The notes beneath the pieces are model-generated. The model saw only the letters and a list, made by a program, of their open reading frames with translations, was not told the DNA's origin and ran no database searches. This document shows, one piece after another, positions 37,565 to 52,421 of a stretch of DNA of 64,000 nucleotides. The DNA lies in assembly GCF_001194135.2 (NCBI RefSeq), contig NC_068989.1, positions 82,057,504-82,121,503 on the forward strand. Direction: 5' to 3'. Within the stretch, counting starts at the first letter, position 1. Every line of letters begins with the position of its first letter. The translations under genes were made by a program, and so were the position numbers. The DNA is from Octopus bimaculoides (Eukaryota).

Positions 37565-37755
37565 CTATGTTTGTCCCCCCAACATCGCTTGACAACCGAT
37601 GCTGGTGTGTTTACGTCCCCGAAACTTAGCGGTTCGGCAAAAGAGAACGATAGAATCAGTACTAGGCTTACAAAAAAATAAGTCCTGGGGTCGATTTCTT
37701 CGACTAAAGGCGGTGTTCCAGCATGGCCACAGTCAAATGACTGAAACAAGTAAAG
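37338..37755 (+). mobile_element. tRNA-like SINE head (37338-37400) followed by the 3' half of family A (37530-37755)
   Basis: A-box-like tggtcaggtgg and B-box-like gagtttaatcc; the family A tail here is close to other A copies. Confidence 0.55.
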
Positions 37756-38349
37756 GAGAGGGATTGAACCCAAGACCACATGGTAGGGAGATACATCATC
37801 AGTGATGTTTCATGGAGTCATTAGGGTGTTTGTGGGGTTTTTTTGCGGGGAGGTAGGGTGTTTTTGTTTAGGCAGGTGACCCAGGCATAGTTGATCAAGC
37901 CCCAATTTGTGTCCAGTTAGTACTATTCCAGATTGCACTACCCCTTCCACAACCCCCCCACCCTCGATCAACAGCCACTTTCAGGCAACCTCCACTGCTT
38001 CTACAGCCAATTTAATGTGTTTCCATTCACTGGTCTGTATGATGCTAAGCNNNNNNNNNNNNNNNNNNNNNNNNNNNNNNNNNNNNNNNNNNNNNNNNNN
38101 NNNNNNNNNNNNNNNNNNNNNNNNNNNNNNNNNNNNNNNNNNNNNNNNNNNNNNNNNNNNNNNNNNNNNNNNNNNNNNNNNNNNNNNNNNNNNNNNNNNN
38201 NNNNNNNNNNNNNNNNNNNNNNNNNNNNNNNNNNNNNNNNNNNNNNNNNNNNNNNNNNNNNNNNNNNNNNNNNNNNNNNNNNNNNNNNNNNNNNNNNNNN
38301 NNNNNNNNNNNNNNNNNNNNNNNNNNNNNNNNNNNNNNNNNNNNNNNNN

Positions 38350-38387
<38 letters not shown>

Positions 38388-38494
38388 AATACATTTTGTT
38401 ATAATAATGATCATGGATTAAATTTTTTACTCACTCTCATACTTATCTCTGAGTACTTTATTCTAAGTGGCTGGACACGACTTCTTTTAAATTT

Positions 38495-38835
38495 ACTGTG
38501 TGGTAAGTAGCCTGCTTACTAACTACATGGTTCTGGGTTCAGTCCCATTGTGTGGCACCTTGGGCAATTGTTTTTTACTATAGCCTCGGGCCAACCAAAG
38601 CCTTGTGAGTGGATTTGGTAGATGGAAACTGAAAAAAGCCCAGCTATATATGACAACTGATGACAACTGATGCTGGTGTGTTTACATCCCCGTAACTTAG
38701 TGGTTCTGCAAACAAGACCGATAGAATAAGTACTAGGCTAGCAAAGAATAAGTCCTGGTGTCGATTTGTTCGACTAAAAGCAGTGCTCCAGCATGGCCGC
38801 AGTCAAATGACTGAAACAAGTAAAAGGATAAAAGA
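38495..38835 (+). mobile_element. SINE family A
   Basis: Family A head, body and tail. Confidence 0.85.
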
Positions 38836-40155
38836 AAAAAAGAATATACATATATAATATACATATGTTGTAGGATCTGCAATGTAGCAAATTAAAACAA
38901 CTATTATCTAAGCAATAAAGAAGTAAAAGCTCCCACTAGCAGTGTTTAAGTTTAAAAAAAAAAAACTCACCCAACTAACATTTCCAGTAAGACAAGTTAA
39001 ACCAATATTTCGGACAATATACACAACAGAAACTGAAATAGTCGTGGTCTTTAACTGCAAAGATGCAAATATATGTTTGTTACCTCACCAGTTTGTTTGA
39101 AACAGATCTACTTCAATCATCTCTATTGTCCAAATATTCCAGTCAACTTATCTTATCTCTCTTGCTTGTTGTTTTTAGATTTTTAAAGATTTCTGGAAGG
39201 AATTCCTGCAAATTTGTGAATAATTTCAGTTAGAGAAGTTTTTCAATTCACTATATTATACGGCCCTAACTGATGTATGTTTGATAAACAGAATGCTCTT
39301 ATAAGGTATTACATCCATCTATATATACATATGTCCTCCACCTCCTCCTCTTATACTGGCTTTCCATGATGGCATGGGTTTAACTGCTGTGTGTATGTAT
39401 GCATATGTTTGAGTGTATGTGTGTATGTACATGTAAATATATAGATATATATATATATATATAGCATGTATAAAGTTTGCATGTGTGTTTATGTGTACCA
39501 CGTATGTATGTATTTACAAGCATATACACAACATCAATGATATACATCAACTATTTTGTTCAAGATTTTCTTTTTCAACTGATTTTCTCACTTTGTGTAA
39601 ATTACTTTTTCTGTTACTTAATATATTTTGTTAAAGGGTTTTCAGACCCCCATCTACCCAGTAACAGACATCATCTACTCAATTTCTTATTTTGTAGCTT
39701 TTTACCAACAACTGTTTTTACTTCTTCACATCTTAAAATTTCGGTCTGAGAGAAAGAGAGAATATACAGAGAAGGAGAATCAGATGTCTATAACTAGACA
39801 GAGCATGGGGTAGAACGCGAGTAAATGTGTGTATTTTACCAGTTTTGTTACAAGAAAAACACCTTTGACAGTTTCAAGTGATGAAAAGCTGTCTGTTCCA
39901 GCTGTAATAAATAAGAAATGGTATAAAATGATGTCTCTTCAAGACACACTACCATAAAATTAGTGGTTGACTCTTAACTCTTATCTTCAATGGATGTGAG
40001 ATGAATCACCCACTGGATATGTTGTCACACTTCCACAGATAAACTATTTATTTTCACAGCGATTTTTTCATGAATTAGCAAGAGAACGAGGTGCAGGACC
40101 CATTACTTTTGTAGCTCTCCATACACTAAGGAGATTGATGGGTTTAATTTTTTAA

Positions 40156-40376
40156 CCCTTTAGTATTTAATCTGGCCATAACTTCCCCAAATATTCTACC
40201 TTTATTATGTTCAAAGAGCCAAATCAGGCCTTTCAATTCTACCCTACAATGTCATTAGAAAAAATGATACAATCATATCACTGAAATCTTGAAGCTACAA
40301 GATAATGCATGGTTAATTCAAAACCATGTGACTAATGAAGCATTATATTTGACAGATTAATCTAAATGCTAAAAAG
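40156..40376. mobile_element. piggyBac-like MITE, ~220 bp
   Basis: TTAA|ccctttagtattta ... taaatgctaaaaag|TTAA: imperfect TIR. Confidence 0.7.
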
Positions 40377-41196
40377 TTAATTCCGAACTTTTCCAGGCTG
40401 ACGTAGAAATGAGCTGCGACAGCACTGGTGCGAAGTTGTATTGGCCTTTGCCTTTCCCTTGGATAACATCAATGGTATGGAGAGGGGAAGCTGGTATGCA
40501 TGGGTGACTGCCAGTTTTCCATAAAAAAAAGAAAAGAAAAAAGAAAACCAAAAAAAAAACCCCTAGCCAGACTTGTACCTCAGAGGGTAAGTTTCTAGGT
40601 GCAATCCCATGGTCCTTCATGATGGAAAGGGGTCTTTATATGTAACAGTAGCATTGTCCCAGATACAGACGGATACAATATTTCAAATGTGTGATTCATG
40701 TTGCTCATATGAATGATGTGTGCTGCGGAAAAATAGTTTTTTAAATATATTTGGTGATTGTGTCTTTGTACAGTTGGAAAAAAAAAAACAAAACAATAGG
40801 AAGGAGTCAGTGCTTGATTATTTAAGGGAAATGTGTGTGTTTTGTGTCTTGTTATTAAAGGTGACAAGACTCTCAGAACACTAATTTAAAACTGTTTTCA
40901 AGATCTCTGGTCGTGTCTAATGTGATGGATGTGGATGGTACCTACATGCTGAAAGGTAAGGATAAATGAAGAGTTGTATGAGGTACATAGTTGAGTGTGT
41001 GTGTACATGTGTGCACTCGCACATGTGTATGTGTGTGTGTGTGTGTGTGCGTGCGTAGTGTTGTCTGAAGGCATGAGCACACTGGGCAGTTGTCTGGGGG
41101 TTTCATAGATCTAGGGGCCCAATTCCGATCTGTGTACGCTGTAACTTGCTGTTAATAAATCCTATGGGTTTCAGTGCAGTCATTTGCTGGGTTGGC

Positions 41197-41244
<48 letters not shown>

Positions 41245-42639
41245 NNNNNNNNNNNNNNNNNNNNNNNNNNNNNNNNNNNNNNNNNNNNNNNNNNNNNNNN
41301 NNNNNNNNNNNNNNNNNNNNNNNNNNNNNNNNNNNNNNNNNNNNNNNNNNNNNNNNNNNNNNNNNNNNNNNNNNNNNNNNNNNNNNNNNNNNNNNNNNNN
41401 NNNNNNNNNNNNNNNNNNNNNNNNNNNNNNNNNNNNNNNNNNNNNNNNNNNNNNNNNNNNNNNNNNNNNNNNNNNNNNNNNNNNNNNNNNNNNNNNNNNN
41501 NNNNNNNNNNNNNNNNNNNNNNNNNNNNNNNNNNNNNNNNNNNNNNNNNNNNNNNNNNNNNNNNNNNNNNNNNNNNNNNNNNNNNNNNNNNNNNNNNNNN
41601 NNNNNNNNNNNNNNNNNNNNNNNNNNNNNNNNNNNNNNNNNNNNNNNNNNNNNNNNNNNNNNNNNNNNNNNNNNNNNNNNNNNNNNNNNNNNNNNNNNNN
41701 NNNNNNNNNNNNNNNNNNNNNNNNNNNNNNNNNNNNNNNNNNNNNNNNNNNNNNNNNNNNNNNNNNNNNNNNNNNNNNNNNNNNNNNNNNNNNNNNNNNN
41801 NNNNNNNNNNNNNNNNNNNNNNNNNCTTTGAGCTTTGGAGGTGATAAGTCATAATTGGCAGGGTCATAAAGGTTGACACTGTGAGGGATGGAACATATAA
41901 TGTCAGAGTGAATTTCCATAGTTTGGGACAAGGTCTGTTTAGAGTGTGGGAAGATGGGGGGGGGGAGAAATTATAATGAATTTGGTAAATATGGGCACAA
42001 ATTCTGGAGAAAATTTCCTATAAGTATATTAAAATGACAGTGTGAAGATTAGTTAAACTACTGTAGGATGTGGCCTCGTAATCCGTGAAGAAGAAGAACC
42101 AAGAAAGCAACAGCTAAAGCAATTTGTAGTAATTTAGTCAGAACCTTTTACAGTTTGAGTTCAAATCCAACATAGGCTGATATTTTTTCTAAGATAAATA
42201 ACATAAAATAACAGTCATGTAATGGATTGATTAAATCAAATACTCTTCCTCCCCAAAATGTTGTATTAGGGACCACATACCCATCCTTACTGAAATGCTA
42301 ACCCCAACAGAATGCAGACTAACTGATGCCAACATCTGGTCTGTACAACAATGTATAGCACACATTGAAAGAATCACTGTTGAATCCCAGCTAAAGTATC
42401 CACATGACTTGAACTGATCAATAGAGACCCAAATATTCTCATCTATAAATCTTTCATTCTGAGTTCATACATATAAAGGTGTGGATGCATTTTTTGCCCA
42501 TGTAAAACGTGTGGAGATGAGTCATCTTATTATTAACACTCAAATCTCAAATGTCATCCTCTTATTAATACTTAAAACTCCTTTCCATTACTTAGGCACT
42601 TGTATTTATAAGTATATGCATGTATATATATATACACAT

Positions 42640-43130
42640 CATCATCATCATCATCATCATCGTTTAACGTCCGCTTTCCATGCTAGCATGGGTTGGACGA
42701 TTTGACTGAGGACTGGTGAAACCGGATGGCAACACCAGGCTCCAATCTAAATTTGGCAGAGTTTCTACAGCTGGATGCCCTTCCTAACGCCTATGTATAC
42801 ACACATACATATTTACATATCATGTTTGTGTGTATACACTTATATCTATCTATCTATCTATCTATCTATCGTAAGATAGATAGATTGATATAAATATATC
42901 ATCATCATCATCATTTAATGTCCATGTTGGTATGAGTTTGACAGAACCCAATGGGTCTAAGGACTGCATTGCAGTCCAGTGTTTGCTTTGGTATAGATTC
43001 TACAACTGGATGCCCTTCTTAATGTCAACCAATTTACAATGTGAACTGCGTAAATTGTTTTATGCCACTGAGGTGACCAAGTCGCTCACACATCTACAAA
43101 ACCTGTGGAGTAGGAAGTGAGATGGGGTAT
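42640..43130 (-). mobile_element. Two RTE-type 3'-tail elements with (CAT)n tails
   Basis: catcatcgtttaacgtccgctttccatgctagcatgggttggacg...ctggatgcccttcctaa. Similar tails lie at ~3130-3325, 14638-14780, 22160-22310, 47965-48050, 49790-49900 and 53960-54260. Confidence 0.75.
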
Positions 43131-43384
43131 CTTTACGCCAGATGGGGGTTTGGGTATGAAAGAAAGGGGTTGGATAGAACAGGATCTTGTTGTAGAAAAG
43201 CTACATGGCTACTCACATTTAGGGGAGAAAGAGAGAATGAATTAATACAGTAGTATCTCTAATGAGATAAACAGTGGTATATATTATCATTTTATTATAT
43301 GTGTATATCTATAACTATATATATATAGATATATGTGTATGTGTGTGCACATGGGTGTATAAGTATATATATGTGTGTGTATAA

Positions 43385-43417
<33 letters not shown>

Positions 43418-44849
43418 TGCGTGTGTGTGTGTTTATATGGAGGCGGGTTTAGTTACCATAGTACATTGTTATATACTGTTTTACAAAAGTGTTAAATTCC
43501 TTTTATAGACTACAATAACAGAATATATTGAACTGTTCTAAAGCTATTGATTTTTAGTATTGACAAAAGATCTGACAGTTTGGGAGAGGAGTGGTCGAGA
43601 AGGTTTTATAGATGATATCAAAGTACTTCCTGAGATTACAAAGAAGTGTCTCTGTGGCTGTTAGGTCTTCTGGAAATAGCAACCAAAGCTCCCTCAAATT
43701 ATACCAATTAAAAAAGGTTAATAGTAGAGCTGGGTTTCCAGCACAATAGCTGAAATATCTTTGGCCATTAAACTGTTGGATCCTGGCTGACCATGCGGGC
43801 AAGTAGCAGCTGGTCTATTTCACTGATCTAAGAAGGATGGAGGCAAAAATCTTCCTTGGAAAATTAAAACTGAGAACATAAAGTGGCATAACTAATTGTC
43901 ACAAGATATTTTCTTAGATATTATGTTTCACCTCTGTGTATGATTGATATTTTATAGAATTCAATAAAACAAAAGATAAAGCGACTACAATTGGATTAGA
44001 AATGAAAACATATACAGGATGAAGAAGAATCACCACAAGTTGGTCAATTAATAGTTGTATCACATAGCCATTTAAATTACTCCTTCTCTTTTTACATACA
44101 CACATTTATGATTAGAAATGTATGCATACATAAGTAGACACAAACACACAATTACAGAGACAAATAAGCACATATATACATGCAGAAGTAAACATGTAAC
44201 CACAGATACACAGCTCTTGTAGACTGAAATTATATTAATATCTGACAGTATATGTTTTTGCAGATTATGCTTATGTTTTTGTGGGAATATACATACATAC
44301 ATACACACACACATAGGTGTATATATGTATGTGTCTGTGTGTGTATGTATATATATATATATATATATATACAAATTAAAAGGGTAAAGATTTATCAATT
44401 TATTAATTTATTAATAAATCAACAATTAATAATTTTTACCAAGTCCTTCGGTATGTAAGCACCATTAATTAATCCCTTAATTATGTTTATATATATANNN
44501 NNNNNNNNNNNNNNNNNNNNNNNNNNNNNNNNNNNNNNNNNNNNNNNNNNNNNNNNNNNNNNNNNNNNNNNNNNNNNNNNNNNNNNNNNNNNNNNNNNNN
44601 NNNNNNNNNNNNNNNNNNNNNNNNNNNNNNNNNNNNNNNNNNNNNNNNNNNNNNNNNNNNNNNNNNNNNNNNNNNNNNNNNNNNNNNNNNNNNNNNNNNN
44701 NNNNNNNNNNNNNNNNNNNNNNNNNNNNNNNNTATATATATATATACATACACATACATACACACACACACACACACACTATTTCTTTTATCTTTTACAG
44801 CCTGCAGCTGCCGTCATGCAGGAGCACCACCGTGTGTGTGTGTGTGTGT

Positions 44850-44891
<42 letters not shown>

Positions 44892-47103
44892 GTACATATC
44901 TATATACTACATACCAGTGATAAATTCTGCAGTTTACATTTTTAAATTTTTTTATTTGCAGACACCTTGGCTATATAATTAAAGATACCTGTAAAGCTGT
45001 ATATATAGCTATGTACACACATAATTATATAGAATTTCTTTTATTGCTCTGTCTCATACACACAAACACACACACACATAAATGTTTGTCCTTATCATCA
45101 TCAGCAGCAGCATCAACATTGTAAACAGTTCATCGATAATTGTCAAGGTATGAAATATTTTGAGGTATAGAATCAGAAGGGAACTGATCGCTTCCGCTGG
45201 TCTCTCTCATCAGTTGCTGCAGGTATCCAGCTGCAGGTATCATGTTCAATCTCCATCAGAACCTTCATGCATGTCCTTGTATCTCTCTCTTCCATGCATG
45301 CATGCACGCACACATGCATAAATGCATTTACTTGCATGTACATATACATATAGATACACACACACACACACACATATTTATACGCACACACATATATTTA
45401 TACACACACACATACAAATGTATGCATAGAAGTATTTTGAATAGGATGAGAAGAAATTATTTCAAGTGATGACAGAAATAAGAAGTCCAGGCTAAATGAA
45501 CAAACCTTTCATTGAAGAAGTTTCTTTCAGCCAAGAAGTAACAGTTCCTGCCTCCTCCTTATGGCAAATGTACAGAGCGAAAGATCATTCCCGCACACTG
45601 ACACACACCACACACACATACACATATATATGTACATATATGGAACCTCTCACTCCCTCTGTCTCTCTGTCTCTCTCTGCTTAGAGGGAGGGAAAGATAG
45701 GGGTACAGGTATACATGTGCTCTTTAGTTTTCATTCCAGCACATAGCAAATTCTAGGGGAGGGATGCAAGAACGGTAGTGTGTGTGTGATGGTGACAGTG
45801 AGAAGAGGGGGCTTTAGTAGCTGTGTGGTTGTTAGATGTGGTGGTAATAGTTATTATTATTGTAGAAGAACGAGTTAATGTGGTAGTAGTAGCAGTAGCA
45901 GCAATGAAAGTGGTAATTGAAGTAACAGTAGTAGTATTACTAGAAATGACAGTAGTTGTGGTGGTTGTTTTATAATGGTGATGGTTGAGATAGTAGCATT
46001 AGTAGTACTGGTAGTGGTTGTGATAATGGTAGTTGAGATAGTAGTAGTACTGATAGTGGTGGTGGTGGTGGTGGTCGAGGGAGTGGTTGAAGTTGTAGTT
46101 CAGTTGCAATAATAATGTCAGTTTGGAATTGACTGGTGACAAAACAGGGATATAAGCGTTACTAGGATAGTGGTGGTTAGGATATTATTATTATGATGAT
46201 ATATGATATAAAAGTATGCTGGAAGATGTGACATGTAGCCAAAGTCTTGGATTCAGTAGAAAATTCCTCACTCCATTCTTGTATTTAGTGCAGTTAGGTA
46301 AAGTCCATCATAGGCCAGCTTGTAGAATTTGAGCCACGTTATAGTAATAATATACACAGAAAACATAATTAGTATTTTGAACATAATAAAGCATAAACTT
46401 GTTTCAGTAAACTGATTGTCAATATGACACATGGCGATTAGCAATGTTGCATAATGCAACCAACGGACTTCCTCTGCATTCTTAGTGGAAAATACAGAGA
46501 TGTATGCCCTCATTTTTATTTCAGCAATGCAAACTATGTTTAATATCATTGGTATGACATATTAGAGGGAGACAAAGTGTGAAGTAATATGAAGATGTAA
46601 AGAGTAGATGTTCAATGATATATATACAATGGTTGCTTAAGGTGAAGATATTTGAGCCTGATAACATAAAACTGCTATAGTGACCATCCTGTTTCATTTT
46701 CTAATTGTTATTATCATTGAGCCTACTTCACTTCAGAGTTATTTCATTTTCCTCCTCCTACTTTAGTATGTGTATAAGTATGGAGTCGTGAGTGCGTGTG
46801 TTTGTCTACCCAATTATGTATGTAAAGGGGACATGACCATCATCACTTCTCTCATTGACCATCTATCTATATTCTCTTAATACTATTCTATTACAATACA
46901 TTGTCACCCTCTATTTATACATACCAAAGATATTGAATATAATTTATACTTCGTATTTTTCACTGAAAATATCGAGGAAGTGTGTCAAATGTAGTACATA
47001 ACTTGGCAAATTGTTTTGTGTAATAACTGTAATTGGTTTGATGAAACACCTGCGTATTTTATAAAACTTGAAATAAAACAATTATGTTTACTATGTTTAT
47101 TAT

Positions 47104-47146
<43 letters not shown>

Positions 47147-47539
47147 CACTCCATTGCTTCATGTTATTAGCAGAGCCTGAATCTGAACTGTCATCAGTTT
47201 GAAAACATGCATTCATAATAAAATCAAGTTTAATGTGTAGATTCTGTTAAATTTTGAAAATGAAATGTATTTTAGTAAACATTCTCTTCATAACCATTCA
47301 AAATGTATACACATTTTTGGGGAACACTACACACACATGTATATGTATAGAGCAAATAGGTAAGTATGATCTAGGGATCCATGTGTAGGGAGTCAGTAAG
47401 TTTCAAGCATTTATGCAGCTACTGCAAATGACAAAAAAATGGACAATATGTGATAAAGAACATGTTCAGTAGCCTGTTCCATTCCTTGTTTTTGTGATAT
47501 ATATATATATGTATATATATTTATATATATTCTTGTATT

Positions 47540-47729
47540 TGTTTGTGATTTGACTGTGGCCATGCTGGAGCACCGCCTTTAATTGCACAAATCGACCCCA
47601 GGACTTGTTCTTTGTAAGCCTAGTACTTATTCTATCGGTCTCTTTTGCCAAACCACTAAGTTACAGGGATGTAAACATACCAACATCAGTTGTCAAGCTA
47701 TGGTGGGGGAACAGACACAGACACACACG

Positions 47730-47778
<49 letters not shown>

Positions 47779-47935
47779 GATGGGCTTCTTTCAGTTTCCA
47801 TCTACCAAATCCACTCACAAGGCTTTGGTCAGCCTGAGGCTACAGTAGAAGACACTTGCCCAAGGTGCCACACAGTGGGACTGAACCCAGAGCCATGTGG
47901 TTAGTAAGCAAGCTACTTACCACACAGCCACTCCA
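47540..47935 (-). mobile_element. SINE family A
   Basis: Family A motifs in reverse orientation. Confidence 0.85.
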
Positions 47936-50819
47936 TATATATATATATATATGCAGCCTTTTGGCTTGCCAGATCATGTCTAACTGTCCAACCCATGTCA
48001 GCATGGAAAATGGACATTGAATGATGATGACGGTGATGATAATGGTGATGGTACACACACATACACACACTCACACATACAAATCTACAATGTACAAAGC
48101 TTCTCTTGTAAATACACAAAATGATAAAGATAATATATGTCAGTGTGTGTGTGTGTGTATGTGGGTCAGTGTGTGTATGTAAGTATGTATGTGGGTCAGA
48201 ATATGTATGTGTGTTTGTGGGTCAGTGTATGTATATATGTATGTATGTTTGTCTGTTATGGTTGCTGTTACTGAAGGAGATACAAGTGACAGCAGATAAG
48301 CACCAGCACCACCACCACCACCAGCACCACCAGCACCACCAGCACCACCACCAGCACCACCACCACCACCACCAGCACCATTATCATAAACTATCATAGT
48401 GACCCCACCCCCACNNNNNNNNNNNNNNNNNNNNNNNNNNNNNNNNNNNNNNNNNNNNNNNNNNNNNNNNNNNNNNNNNNNNNNNNNNNNNNNNNNNNNN
48501 NNNNNNNNNNNNNNNNNNNNNNNNNNNNNNNNNNNNNNNNNNNNNNNNNNNNNNNNNNNNNNNNNNNNNNNNNNNNNNNNNNNNNNNNNNNNNNNNNNNN
48601 NNNNNNNNNNNNNNNNNNNNNNNNNNNNNNNNNNNNNNNNNNNNNNNNNNNNNNNNNNNNNNNNNNNNNNNNNNNNNNNNNNNNNNNNNNNNNNNNNNNN
48701 NNNNNNNNNNNNNNNNNNNNNNNNNNNNNNNNNNNNNNNNNNNNNNNNNNNNNNNNNNNNNNNNNNNNNNNNNNNNNNNNNNNNNNNNNNNNNNNNNNNN
48801 NNNNNNNNNNNNNNNNNNNNNNNNNNNNNNNNNNNNNNNNNNNNNNNNNNNNNNNNNNNNNNNNNNNNNNNNNNNNNNNNNNNNNNNNNNNNNNTAAGAA
48901 GGATGTGGAGAGAGAGATGGAAAGGAAGGGAGCCATGGCGATGATGATGATGATGATGATGATGCTGCTTGCCTTCCCAGAATAGTGTTCAGCTGTAATG
49001 TTACTGACAGTTCTAACTTGACAACAGACATCATCATCATCATAATCATCGTCAAGGAGTCAGTGACAAGGGTCTCTTGAGGGGTGGGTGGTTGAGGGGA
49101 GGATATAGAGAAGCCGCATCTTCATAGTCATAGTCAGCTGGTTTGCTAGAAATAGCAATGAAATATTCCTCATAGTACGTCCTAATGTCTTAAAAAAGAA
49201 AGGTCACATTAGATAATGTAGTCCTAGTTAGACTGTTTGGGGGGCAAAAAGGCATGCTGGTTGTAGCTGGAAAGGAATGGACTAAAACCAAGAGCTTCTG
49301 TGGCTACTTGACCTGCAAGAAATAACAGCCAAATCTCACAATCATGATCTACTGTCAGTAAAAAACAATGATGCAGTGGGTAGTATAGTTCCAGCTGAAC
49401 TATATTTGGGTGTTCACAATTGGCACACCTTTAATTATAGATCTGTTGAGTAAGCACTAACCTGGGGCTAAACAGCAATCTCAAAGATCATCATCATCAT
49501 CATCACCCACTGAACAAAAGATCTGTTGATTCCTTGTTTCTTTGACAGTCAATAAAGGACCAGTGCCAGTAATAAAATTGGTCCTTCACTGTCAGTCTCT
49601 GCTGTAGAAAATCAAGAACTAGATATGTCTACATCAAGGGCGTAGCTAGGGTGGGGCAAGCAGGGCACAAACATGTGTGTATGCATCAGTTACAAATGAA
49701 TATCACGGTCACACAAGCATTGTCATTCATTTCCAACGTTCTGTGAAAACATCTACCCATGAGGACATATTACCTTGCTTGGAAACATGCAAGGGTTGGG
49801 AACAGGATGGGTATCCAGCTGTAGAGAATCTGCTTCAATAAACTGTCCAATCCATGCAAGCATGGAAAAAGGACATTAAAGTAATGATGACGATGATGAT
49901 ATATACACATATTCATATATACAAAGAGAGAGAGAGAGAGAAAGAGAGAAAGCTATGATGATAGACGGATAGTTGCAAAGTTTGTTGTCTAGACAGTCGT
50001 AAATAGACAGTTGAATAAATAGATAGGGGACCAATATCTACAGTCGCAAGCAATCGTTGTGCACCCTTCCTCTGTCCTGAATTGAAGGCTTCAACTGACA
50101 TAACAACAACATCTGGTTCATTTGTTTGTAATAAATTAATAAGAGTGGAGGGGACAGTTGGTCGAGTGGGGGGAGGGGTTCAGGAGGGAGTTTACTATAG
50201 CTGAAGGGTCTGTGTGGGACATATATATACACACTCCATATGTGTGTATACATACACACAGCAGGAAGTAAATGGTAAATATACACCCTGCTTGTCACCC
50301 CCACCCTCACCCCAGCATATGATAGAGTTTATTGGGGTATGTCTGAAAGTAGACATTGTTAACTAAATAAGGACATGGAAAAAACTGTGAAGGGTGGGGA
50401 AAGGAATAGAAAGGGTAGGACATGCACATATGTGCAACACAGACTGTGCACCATACACTCAACTAATGCATGTCTGTGTGTGTGTAAGTGTGTGTGTGTG
50501 TGTGATTATATATGTATGCTGTACACTATGTCACAGTGCATTGCTTGTGACATACTTTCACTATGATATTCCTGTATATTATGCCAAAAGTTGTCAATTT
50601 GGCAAATCTTATCCCCCTCCTCATACAAGTGAAATTTTTGGTCACCTCCCCCTTTATAAATGAGAAGACAAAATAGAGTTGGCATCCATAAAATTCTTTC
50701 TTCTTTGCAATGGTGTTGGACAAGTGTAAAAAAGTTGGAAACCCTTGGCTTAATTTTATTAAACACGGCAATTTGTCCAACTCTTTTCCAAACCTTATAA
50801 CCCTTATCTACCTCTGTGA

Positions 50820-51239
50820 GAAAAACTTCATTATGTCTTGATGTATTCTATAGTCTCAGCTCACTGAAGTCTGATGTATCCCAGCTGTAATAATTATCTA
50901 TGTCATTCTTACATGTTCTAAGCATTGGAGAGTGTTACATGAATTGAAACCGATTCATATGTTAAGAGCAGTCTTAAATATATGATGGAGAACTCATCCC
51001 ACCAAAAAAACAGCTGTATGGAGATCGCTTGTTTGTTTCCACCATTATAAGGGAAAGGCACTTTTGCTTTGCAGGACGTTACTGATGAGCTAAACAGGAG
51101 CTGGCAAGTGACCTGTGGCTACGGATGCCACAGCATGGCAGTACTTGAGCAGGTCGTACGAACACAACATACATAGCTCAACTCATCAGAGACACTGGAT
51201 GCCACCCTGAAGAACCGCCTCAACTAATGCAGGACCAAC

Positions 51240-51240
<1 letters not shown>
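50820..51240 (+). mobile_element. RTE/RTE-X LINE 3' ORF remnant
   Basis: MLRAVLN...HPTKKQLYG...TIIRERHFCFAG...QELASDLWL..PQHG...LIRDTGCHPEE resembles the RTE-X C-terminus. Confidence 0.7.
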
Positions 51241-51277
<37 letters not shown>

Positions 51278-51837
51278 ACATACACAACTTGCTAAATGCT
51301 ATTTGCTGCATTTCATCAGTTATAGTCACTGTTTCATAGAAAGGTTGTTGGCTTGTCTCTTTTTGACAGGTTGGTCAACGGTTGCTTAATGAGAGTGTCT
51401 AGTCAAGAAAGGCTGACATAATGGGGTACTCTGAGTGGTACCTAGTTCAGAACCACAGCAGAACTAAACAACACTCATGTTATTAGCCACCTCACAATGG
51501 AATCTCACTCAAGCTGCAGAAAATGAAAACCAAATATCCTTCAAATCACACTGCTTTTAAAAAAAATTAAAAAAGGACACATGGAGTGATGTAGTCCTCG
51601 AGACACTATTCCTAGAAAAAAAAAAGAGTGTTTTCAAGAATGGAATTTCATTGGGCTTGTATTTTCTGGATTGGGGTTGGAAAGGAATTAAGAAGAAAAC
51701 AAGAAGAAGAAAAACTGCATTGATGATATCTGGAAGTGAGTAGAGTGTCTTGTTTAAGAACAGTATATACTGGTTACAGTGGGATATGAACTTTCAATCT
51801 ACAGCTTTACTTTAGTATATGGAATGGCACAATGTCT

Positions 51838-51897
<60 letters not shown>

Positions 51898-52205
51898 TAA
51901 GTAGTGGCACTAATTGTGGTGGTAGTAGTAGTAGTGTGAAATAATGGTTGACTGTTAATGATGATGAAGAAGAATGGTACAATATCTGCAAAAGATACAT
52001 GTGATAATGCATGTGTGTACATGTGTACATGTGTATATATATATATATAAGTGCATGCATGTGTTTATATATATGTGTGTGTACATCTGAAAAATATGCT
52101 GAAATCATATTGTGTCCATGTGTAGAATAGCCTAGCAACATTTGTGCGTGTGTATATGTATGTAAGTATTGTTTGTATATGCATGGTGTTATGAGTGCAT
52201 GTTGT

Positions 52206-52247
<42 letters not shown>

Positions 52248-52386
52248 ATGCATGTTTCTGCTTAGAAAGTGAAATCTATATTAAGGTAAAGTCCACATAT
52301 GGCAGTATTTGTTATCACAACTTGTGCAGCTTGTATTATGCTAGGACACAAACATACACACACCCACATATATATATATGTGTGAA

Positions 52387-52421
<35 letters not shown>

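Noticed and set aside
45180-51110. Other CTGATGA matches (~45205 minus, ~51082 plus) as hammerheads
   Set aside because: No downstream GAAA with compatible stems; the second lies within an RTE-X ORF remnant.
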